A DNA stretch of 64,000 nucleotides, taken from Candidatus Cloacimonadales bacterium. GTDB taxonomy: Bacteria; Cloacimonadota; Cloacimonadia; Cloacimonadales; JAIOQZ01. The position numbers and the translations under genes were made by a program. The DNA lies in contig OY771587.1 of the NCBI GenBank assembly GCA_963674825.1, positions 3,072,001 to 3,136,000 on the forward strand, in the 5' to 3' direction. The notes below the pieces were generated by a model. The model made no database searches and was not told where the DNA came from. It saw only the letters and a list, made by a program, of their open reading frames with translations. Below are positions 1 to 8,300 of this stretch, in pieces; the stretch's first letter is position 1; each line of letters starts with the position of its first letter.

Positions 1-1736
1 ATGTTTAATTTCCATTCAGGTTCTTCGAAGTCGCGGGATATCGGGTGAACGCTGATGGAAGCCTGTGACAGTTCGGATAAAAACACACTCAACTCCAGTC
101 GCTGCTGAATCTCGGTGTAGGTTGTCCAGGTCACGATGGAGAGTGATCGGATATAAAATCGCTCCCATGATTTGATCATCTCGAGCATTACTTCATGGTT
201 TTCGCGCTCGAGCGTGATATTGTAGTGGTCGTCTTCTTTTTCGCCGGAAGCCGAGTTGTCATACTTGTAGCTGAGAATTGCGGCGAAGGGATGCTCGACA
301 TCGCCGTTGAGGTGGAGGTGCTTCCACATGCCCTCGGAAGTAAGCTGCATATCCAGCGATTCGTCGTAAATGAAGCTTGCGCCAGCCTCTAACCTGCGGT
401 AGAATCGATCGGTGTGCAATTGATTCCACTCGTAGTCCTCGTAATCGGCACGGATAGCGTATGTCTGCTTCACCTGAAAGCGCTCCCCGTACGCGATCGC
501 GATTTCTGGTTGCAGGTTGTAGCTGGTGGTGACGCGATTATTGCCCGACATCTCGCTGAAGAGGTACGCTTGCTCAGTACGCAGCACATAAAAGAGAGTA
601 GAGGTATGAAGCCGGTCGTAGAGATAGTAGTACATGCCGATGTTCATGCGTTCCTGAAGACGGTCGTTGTCTGTTCGGATGGTCGCCTCAGGCATATCGG
701 TTTGGCGAAGATCAATCGAACGATAGAATGTGATCGAGTCGCGTTCCGAGATGGCGTAATTTATGGTTGAAATGAACTCGCGGTAGTCGGTTTCCAGAGT
801 GTTGATACCGGATTGGTATTCTTTCTCGTTGAGCTGGCGTTTAGCGCTCAGAGAGAAGGTAAACCGGCTGACGGGGAAGCTGAAATCAAGCCCGAGGGTT
901 CGGCCATTCTCATCGAAATTCTTGGTTGTGATGATATCAAACCGGTTTTTCACCTGCTTGTAGTCGGTGAAAAAATGAATCTTTTCCAACGACAGGATCG
1001 AGAAAGTGTAATCCACAGCACCAAAGAGCTGATCGCGATTCTGCGTGTCGGATTGCGAGGTGGGTTTATTGATCTCGTCGGTGAGGCCATCCCAGACGAT
1101 TCGCGTCGCAATTCTCTGGTCAGGCAATGTCACGTCCCATGCTGATTGGAGCGAATAGTTCCGGTCGTTGTCGTTCTTGACCTGGTTGACCCGATAGCGG
1201 GTGTCCAGTTGCAAGTGATGCCAGTTAAAATCTTGAGTGAAAGATAGCTGCGAATCGCTTTCATAGCCCTTATTGGTCTGCTTCATTTCATCGTCGAACT
1301 GGTTGTAATCTTCTTTCTGCTGGATGTATCGTAACGAGCTGGAAAGGTTTATGTTGTCCGATGGGGTAATGCCTAACATGAAGCCGGCTGCGTGTTGTCT
1401 TTCTTGCAGGTTATAGTCGCCGGAAGAGAGCTCGCCTTGCTCGGTAGATGATCGACTGTCGAAAAGGATGGCCGGACGCAGGATTCCCTGCTGACGGGCG
1501 ATGCCCCAGGAAAAATCGGCGATGTAGTTTTCACGATCGAAGGCGTTGTCTCGCTCGTTAAGGTATTCGCCGGAGTAGAAGAGTTGCCACTGAGAGAGGA
1601 AGTTGTGGCGGTAGCTAGCAGCGTTCTCCATCTGCATCGCGTTCCGGTAGCTTTCGAAGCTGGTTCCAACTTCGATCTCGGAAGCCGTGAGGCTACCGAT
1701 CAGCAGCGATAATACGATACATATGCAGAAAATCAT
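1..1736 (-). CDS. Secreted, probable outer-membrane beta-barrel protein; runs off the left edge (3' end missing)
   Basis: Not in the ORF track because it has no stop in the window. Manual translation gives an open frame from ATG 1736 (MIFCICIVLSLLIGSLTASEIEVGTSFESYRN...) to base 3. It has a signal-peptide-like N-terminus and alternating aromatic/polar beta-strand character. The start overlaps the 3' end of rsmA. Confidence 0.75.
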   Translation of the reverse strand, partial: MIFCICIVLSLLIGSLTASEIEVGTSFESYRNAMQMENAASYRHNFLSQWQLFYSGEYLNERDNAFDRENYIADFSWGIARQQGILRPAILFDSRSSTEQGELSSGDYNLQERQHAAGFMLGITPSDNINLSSSLRYIQQKEDYNQFDDEMKQTNKGYESDSQLSFTQDFNWHHLQLDTRYRVNQVKNDNDRNYSLQSAWDVTLPDQRIATRIVWDGLTDEINKPTSQSDTQNRDQLFGAVDYTFSILSLEKIHFFTDYKQVKNRFDIITTKNFDENGRTLGLDFSFPVSRFTFSLSAKRQLNEKEYQSGINTLETDYREFISTINYAISERDSITFYRSIDLRQTDMPEATIRTDNDRLQERMNIGMYYYLYDRLHTSTLFYVLRTEQAYLFSEMSGNNRVTTSYNLQPEIAIAYGERFQVKQTYAIRADYEDYEWNQLHTDRFYRRLEAGASFIYDESLDMQLTSEGMWKHLHLNGDVEHPFAAILSYKYDNSASGEKEDDHYNITLERENHEVMLEMIKSWERFYIRSLSIVTWTTYTEIQQRLELSVFLSELSQASISVHPISRDFEEPEWKLN

Positions 1737-2469
1737 CTTCTGCAAGGGTTTCTCCTCTTCGGGTAAGGTCAAATGCCTCTTCCAGCTTTGCCATCGTATC
1801 GGACGTGACCAGCTGCTTGAGGTTGTTGCGCAGGGTCTTGCGGCGGTTATGGAAAGCCGCTTCGATGATGCGATACATGAGCTTCATGTCTTCGATCTCA
1901 GGTGGGTCGATACGAGGAATCAGCCGGATGACGGTGGAACGAACCTTTGGCTGGGGGTAGAACAGATGCGGTTCCACGTTGAAGAGCCGCTCGGTGTTGA
2001 ACGCGAGGTTCAGCTTTACCGTGAGGATACCGTAATCCTTGGTGCTTGGTTTTGCGACGATACGGTCGGCGACTTCCTTCTGGATCATGAGCACCGCACA
2101 CAGGATTTTGTCACGGTAGTCCGCCAAACGAAACAGGAATGGCGACGTGATCTGATAGGGGAGGTTCGCGATTACTTTCGTGCCGGGTTGCAGATGCTCT
2201 TCCCAGTCGATTCGCAGGATATCACCCGGTACGATGCGGAAGTTCGGGTAATCCGCGAACTTGCTTTCGAGGTCGTCGAGCAGATCGGGATCGATCTCGA
2301 ACGAGGTTAGATTTTCGCAGGATTGCAGGATGGCTTCTGTAAGGATTCCCTTTCCGGGCCCGATCTCCCAGACGCAGTCGTCCGGATGCAGATCCGCCTG
2401 TCTTGCAATCTTGCGTGTTATGTTGGAATCGATCAGAAAATTCTGGCCCCATTTTTTCTTCGGTATCAT
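1693..2469 (-). CDS. rsmA: 16S rRNA m6,2A1518/1519 dimethyltransferase KsgA/RsmA
   Basis: Motifs PKKKWGQNFL, WEIGPGKG, ANLPYQI, MIQKEVADR, AAFHNRRKTLRNNL. Start reassigned to ATG 2469, with GGAGA RBS upstream. The track's extension to 2985 overlaps another gene. Confidence 0.95.
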   Translation of the reverse strand: MIPKKKWGQNFLIDSNITRKIARQADLHPDDCVWEIGPGKGILTEAILQSCENLTSFEIDPDLLDDLESKFADYPNFRIVPGDILRIDWEEHLQPGTKVIANLPYQITSPFLFRLADYRDKILCAVLMIQKEVADRIVAKPSTKDYGILTVKLNLAFNTERLFNVEPHLFYPQPKVRSTVIRLIPRIDPPEIEDMKLMYRIIEAAFHNRRKTLRNNLKQLVTSDTMAKLEEAFDLTRRGETLAEDDFLHMYRIIAADR

Positions 2470-2573
2470 GCACATTTCTCCGAAGAAAATAGGCGTTAAC
2501 ACCGTTTTGATGTCAATTGGTTTCTTGAGATTGTCGATATCCAATTCTCTGCATGAACTCAATGTTTCTGCGA

Positions 2574-3143
2574 TCAATCGTAATACGGCTCTTCCTTCAG
2601 CAGGTGGCTGACCATTATCTTGAGGAACAGCATCGGCGCAAACCACTCTACTCCCGGAGCGGCACCAAGCGCATAGAGCGAGATTACGAATCCAACCGCT
2701 ACCAGGAATAGCGCAACAGGCCGCTGCAGGTAGTGCTTCGTCTGAAGAATAATCAGCGATCCGCCCACCAGATAGCCGTATGTAATCAGGATATAGGCGA
2801 TGTCGAAATCCATGAAGGCCCAGGAGATGATCACGATTTGAAGCAGGTGAATCAGTACGAACCCGAAGTGAGTCTTGAACCCGACACCTTCTCGGTGATA
2901 CCAGCGCTTGGCGCTCGAAGTGGCATTGGTCAGGATGCCACCGGACATGTCCATCGCGATCAGGAAGCCAATCAAGTATTGCCACCAGGTCCAGCCAAAC
3001 TTTGCGCAGAATGAGTAAGCGACGATGCCGATCCCGAAGAGACCGGCCAGAGTGAATTGCAAAATAATTTCGGCTTTTGTTGCGCCTGGTCCGATGAATT
3101 TATCGAGTCCTTTGCGTGGTTCCGGGTAATTCCAGTCAATCAT
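2574..3143 (-). CDS. Hypothetical integral membrane protein
   Basis: 189 aa with several hydrophobic segments; GGAGG RBS upstream. Confidence 0.75.
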   Translation of the reverse strand: MIDWNYPEPRKGLDKFIGPGATKAEIILQFTLAGLFGIGIVAYSFCAKFGWTWWQYLIGFLIAMDMSGGILTNATSSAKRWYHREGVGFKTHFGFVLIHLLQIVIISWAFMDFDIAYILITYGYLVGGSLIILQTKHYLQRPVALFLVAVGFVISLYALGAAPGVEWFAPMLFLKIMVSHLLKEEPYYD

Positions 3144-3353
3144 GGTGTAACCTCCCGTGAAATATTATCGATGCGTAACGATAGAATAATATCGATTTTA
3201 ATTTTGTCAAACACGTTCGCGTTTAACTTTCATTCGAAGTAGTCATTACGCGTTTTATGAATGAACGAGAAAGAATATTCATGAGTGAAAAGTGCTTGAC
3301 AATGATCACTTCTGATTGTTCATCTGAAAGATATTTAAATTGGGAGAGGATCT

Positions 3354-3974
3354 ATGAGAATTCGTTATCTATTGGTTATTGTTGCTGTGGTTGTGTTGTT
3401 GTCTGGTTGTGCCTCGGGCTATAAGCGAATATACTTTGAAGCGCTTCAATATGAGAACAGAAGTGAAGCTCACGATTTTCCGATTGAAATGGTATCCAAC
3501 ATTTTGGGCTCTCGTGAGAATGCGAAGTATAAAAAGCGTGCAGGTGAGCTCGGATACGAGTTTTTCGCGCTGAAAATTCATAATAATACGCTCAATGATA
3601 TTATCCTGACTGAAGATAACTTTTTTGCTTATGCCGATAGTACAAGAGTGAAAATATTGGATATGAGTACGAATATCCGCTATATGAAACAGATCAGTGG
3701 AGCATACTGGGCCTGGGGGCTTTTTATGCCGATTCTGACCATTACAGAAGAAGGTAGCGATGGTGACGTGGATTAGACGATAATTCCATTACCAATCGGT
3801 CTGATCATTGGTGCCATCAACAACTCCAAAGCGAGTAAGGCGAATAAGGAGCTCACGGCGGATATCGTTGGTTATCAGCTTCTTGGGATGGAAATCTACT
3901 CCGGCCAAACAGTGTACGGTGTGGTTTGTGTAGAGTCCTATACCGAGGATGTCCAATTTGAAATCAAGCCGTGA
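3354..3974 (+). pseudogene. Lipoprotein gene interrupted by an in-frame TAG at 3774-3776 (nonsense allele, sequence error or read-through)
   Basis: Lipobox LLSGC and GGAGAGG RBS. The frame stays open for 65 codons after the TAG (TIIPLPIGLIIGAINNSKASKANKEL...GQTVYGVVCVES...KP) until TGA 3972-3974, which abuts the convergent gene. Confidence 0.65.
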
Positions 3975-4737
3975 TCGATATTCTATCGCCAATTCTCACA
4001 ACAAACACCAATGGTTTCAGCGGGACGCGGTCGGATAGCAGGATATGCTGGATGCAGATTGTGGCGAGCTCGATGTCGCCTGCTGAGGTCGCAAAGGTAA
4101 ACCATTCGCTACGCGGGAGTTCCAGCGATACCAAGCCGTCAATCTTGATCGGTTGGGCAAACCCTGTGAACGAATACCATCTTTCAGGCGCGTCTGGCGG
4201 ATACCAACGAACGTAAGAAACCGGCTCGTCGCTTCCGGTGAGAGATCTCAGGAAAGGCTCCTGGTTGCCACCGGAATCCTTGTATGTCATGATACCATGC
4301 AGTTTTTCGGGAAGCAGCTCTGTTGCAACAATGGATATACCGTTGTGCAGCAGGTCGAGTAATCGGAGGTCAAACCGCGGCATGACGAGAGACGCGGGAT
4401 GCGATTTTTCGTTTCTCCATTGACTGGGAAGCACGCCATAATAACGCTTGAAGGCTCGAGAATATACTTCCGGTGAATTGAAACAGCAATCAAGTCCAAC
4501 GCGGCTGATATTGAAGTCGGTTTCCTGTAAGGCAATGGCAGATTGTGCCAGGCGTCTGCGTAGCATGTACTGATAGGGTGTAAGCCTTGTCACGGCAGCA
4601 AACACCCGGCAGAAATGGAAGAGTGAGTAGCAGGCGGCCTCGGCCATTTGCTGGACGGTAAAATCCTCGTGCAGGTTTACCTCGAACGCGTCGATTGCGC
4701 GGCAAACAGCTTCGATCTGGAAGGAATCAGGCTTCAT
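3964..4737 (-). CDS. AraC-family transcriptional regulator (N-terminal double HTH)
   Basis: MAEAACYSLFHFCRVF and CCFNSPEVYSRAFKRYYGVLPSQWR match the AraC HTH signature. Confidence 0.9.
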   Translation of the reverse strand: MKPDSFQIEAVCRAIDAFEVNLHEDFTVQQMAEAACYSLFHFCRVFAAVTRLTPYQYMLRRRLAQSAIALQETDFNISRVGLDCCFNSPEVYSRAFKRYYGVLPSQWRNEKSHPASLVMPRFDLRLLDLLHNGISIVATELLPEKLHGIMTYKDSGGNQEPFLRSLTGSDEPVSYVRWYPPDAPERWYSFTGFAQPIKIDGLVSLELPRSEWFTFATSAGDIELATICIQHILLSDRVPLKPLVFVVRIGDRISITA

Positions 4738-5239
4738 CGCGCAACACGGGTATCAAGATATCCAGCTCGCTCTCTTCGATACGATCCATGCCTTTGAAGC
4801 GGTCGTCGTAGCGCTGGATGAGCATGGGGAAACGTTTCTTCAGTCCGGCTTCCGGTAACCACCGGCTCATCATGGGCTGCCACCAGTCACCGAAAATTTC
4901 CTTACCCTTCAGAGTGAACAGAGCGCACTCACCGTCAGGTAGCACTTTGTAAAGCGGACCAGTGATGAGGCCGTCTATGGTGTTTGATTCTGCGCCTACG
5001 AAAACATCGAAGTACCCTTTCTCGGTTGTCTCAGGTGTCTCGGTGTGTACTTCATACCAGTATTTTTCGCTCAGAACGGGACTGCCTTTACCCTCGATCT
5101 CCCAGAACTTCATGAAACGTTGCCATAGCCTTCCGATCTCGTTTTCTTCGGTCCAGCCGGCGCTCTGCGTGAATGGATCGCCATAAAAACTGTAGCCCAA
5201 TAGAATAATGCGTTCGAGCTTCAGGATTGTCGGTTGCAT
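4727..5239 (-). CDS. GyrI-like small-molecule-binding domain protein
   Basis: Motifs EIGRLWQRF, FDVFVGAE, WLPEAG, QRYDDRF, ELDILIPV. Start at ATG 5239 with AAGGAGGA RBS; overlaps the AraC start. Confidence 0.85.
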   Translation of the reverse strand: MQPTILKLERIILLGYSFYGDPFTQSAGWTEENEIGRLWQRFMKFWEIEGKGSPVLSEKYWYEVHTETPETTEKGYFDVFVGAESNTIDGLITGPLYKVLPDGECALFTLKGKEIFGDWWQPMMSRWLPEAGLKKRFPMLIQRYDDRFKGMDRIEESELDILIPVLRDEA

Positions 5240-5296
5240 GGTTCCTCCTTTGGATGCAAGTGGATAGATCATAAGAAATGCGTGCTTGTTGTCAAC

Positions 5297-5325
5297 AAAA
5301 AGGGGACAGCATAAGCCGTCCCCTG
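5297..5325 (-). terminator. Intrinsic terminator of the C25 gene
   Basis: On the minus strand: AGGGGACGGC-TTAT-GCTGTCCCCT followed by a T run. Confidence 0.8.
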
Positions 5326-5343
5326 AAAAGACGCAATTTGCGA

Positions 5344-8300
5344 TTATTTTAGCAACAATGCTTTGCGGATGGATTTATCGGTATCAGTTTCGATTCGGAT
5401 GAAATAGACACCGCTGGAAACTGCTTCACCTCGTTGGTTGCGACCATTCCACTGCTCGGTATAGCGTCCGGCTTTTCGAGGACCATCAACCAGCGTTGCG
5501 ACCCGCTCACCACGCACGTTGTAAATCGCCAGCAGACACTTCGATGACGCCTGCGGCAGGTCGAATCGGATGCTGGTGGTCGGATTGAATGGGTTGGGAT
5601 GATTCTGGTGTAGCGCGAAGCATTCCGGTGCGTCCGGGACATCATTGTCATTCGCTACATAATCAAGCTCGATGTGGTTCGATTCCTCGCTCCAATAACC
5701 GCCCAGATGACGAGCCTTGACGTAGATCTCGAAGTGCCCTGGTGCCAGCAGATCGAGCGGATATGAAAGCTCGTCTGTTTCATGATGCAGTACGAAGTTG
5801 TTATTGTACACCATGATAACATCGAAATAATCCAGCGTGCGGCTGTCGCCGCTCTTGCGACCTTTGGATTCAGATCGAGTTCGGGTTCCATTGTAGTCCC
5901 ATGTGAGGTTGATGACATCGCCATCCTGCTCACCCTCGAGATTGGTCGGTGCCGTAAGATGTTGCAGTTCGATGTTTACTTGGGTAGTTTGACTATGGGT
6001 CACAACAACGTTTGATGTATAGAACGGAATATAGCCATTGAGCGTAGCGCTGATGGTGTAGGTACCTTCGGGTAAGTAATGGCAGAAAGTTCCATCTTCG
6101 TTGACGGAGTATTCATTGCTGCCGACAAGCATGGTAACCTCATCGGGCGTTGCATTGCCGCCATCAAGCGTGACCATTCCCTGCAGAACGCCCGGGTTAT
6201 GCTTGATCGTACGGATCTCAACGTCGTCGAAATAGAATTGCTGCGTATGTCCCCCGGGTGTATTGAAGATGTAGAATATAAGAATCACATCGTCGTCGAA
6301 AGCAATATCGGGTGTATATTCGATATAGAGCTCACCTGGTTCATTCATAATTGCGTGATCGGTCCAGATGAATGCACTAGAAAACGGTGCGCTGTTCTGC
6401 TCGATGAGGATTCCGTATTCGACATTATAGCCGAGGTTGATGTATTTCGCCTTGATAATCAGCTTTTGTAGATCCATGGGTGAGAATTCCCGAGTAATCG
6501 CTGTTCGTGCGTCATAACTTATCGAGGTCAGGACATATTCACCAGTCTCGCCGCCGGCAAAGTTTGTTTCGGAATATGCTCCCTGCATTTGCATCCATAC
6601 AAATGGGTCGTAATCGCCATCGAATGAATCGGAAAACAATAGCTCCGGATGGCCGAACACATAGCTGACCGGCTGGTCGATGTCGAAAGCGTCATTGTAT
6701 TCAAGGTGCAGATTGAAGTCCACCCTCTCACCGTTGTAGGTCGTGTCGGCAAAGGATACATTGAAGGCTACTTCGACTTCTTCATCAGTAATTTCGCTAA
6801 AGCTGTAACTGGAAGGACTGATCGTGAAGGCTGCATTTTCCGTTTCGAACGAGACGGTGACATCTTCAGCGTTCAAATATGAATTTCGGGCCATAGTGAA
6901 GGTAAAGGTTCCAACTTCACCAGCTTCAATCTGGTTGTCATTGTTGTCCGTGATACTGAAATCAACGATCTCCAGCTCGGGACTGTAAACTACGAACGGA
7001 ATGAGCAGTTGCTTCGTCATACCTGAGTAATACAACATCAGCGTGAGATTCACGGTATGGTCGTTCGGGCAGTTATCTGCGATATCCAGAATAAACGACT
7101 GGTTACTGCTGGCCGATTCGCCGTTCTCGATGTCGGGGAATGTAATCGTACCCTGTTGGATATCCGCATTAGGATCGGTTGTTGTTATGATAGCATAGAC
7201 ATCGGTTGCCGTTGCAAGCCCGAGATTTGACATCGCCAGTGCTATCTGAACGGTCTCTCCGAAATCGATCAATCCGTTCGTGTTGCCGCCCAGATCGGTC
7301 ATATCGATGTCTGAAACATACGGATGCGCATAGGGCACCGGAACATTCGGACCGGTGAACAGGATCGCCATTTCATCTTCGAGTTCTTTGGCTGTGATTG
7401 AGTAGCTATTCGAATATGTATATTCGATTCCGTTGTGGGTTGTGTGGTCTGCGATACCGACCGTTGCGTATTCTCCGTGATCGATTTCCGCGTTGTAGTA
7501 GTTTCCCATATCAACGTTGTTGATTTCCATGTACTGGAACTTGATCTTGCTGTCGCCAAGCAGAGTGCTATTATAGGCGGGATCGTAAAGGATTGCCTGG
7601 AAGGTCTCGGGTGAACCATCGTAGCGATTCTCGAGCCGTGACCACTGGACGATGAACGCGTGGTTCTGCTGATCATACCAGTAATAGACATTTCCGTCCG
7701 TTGTGAGGAGGTCGTCCCAGAACGGTGCTATGAGCGGACACGGTACAAACGGTCCGGGAATTGGCCAGTTCATCCATTCGAAGGTGTAGTATGGGCCCAA
7801 AACAATATAGCCGTTCGACGAAATACTGAGCTGATTATAGTTGATCTCGTAGAAGCGGAAATTGAAGGGCAGATCGATGGTAATCATGTTGCCGGAACCG
7901 TTTTCGCTGTGGTCGTTCATTTCAAGCGAAGTACCGTTGCCGCCGTAGTTTGGGTCGATCTCGATCCAGTCGTAAACCGGGCAATCGTCATATTGCGTGT
8001 CGCCATCGTCATAGCAATAGTATCCGTAGTTATCCGGTCCGGTTGGATCGGTTACGGACGGATTGCCAATATGAAGGTCGAATTCAAGTGCTTGTGTGAT
8101 ACCGTCGGAATTGGTTGCGATCGCTGTGAAGGGGATGATTGTGCCTGTGATGGCATCCTCTCCGATCGTGACGGAGTAGGGTGACGATGCGTTGTCGGTT
8201 GCTTCATTTGGTTCAATATCACCGAATGTGCCATTATCGTCGCTGATCGTAACCAGCTGAGATACAGATGCGATCTGGCAGGTAACGGCTTCAAAGGCCT

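Noticed and set aside
2470..2985. N-terminal 170 aa of the track's 430-aa RsmA ORF
   Set aside because: It overlaps the 2574-3143 membrane gene in another frame, and the RsmA motifs and RBS begin at 2469.
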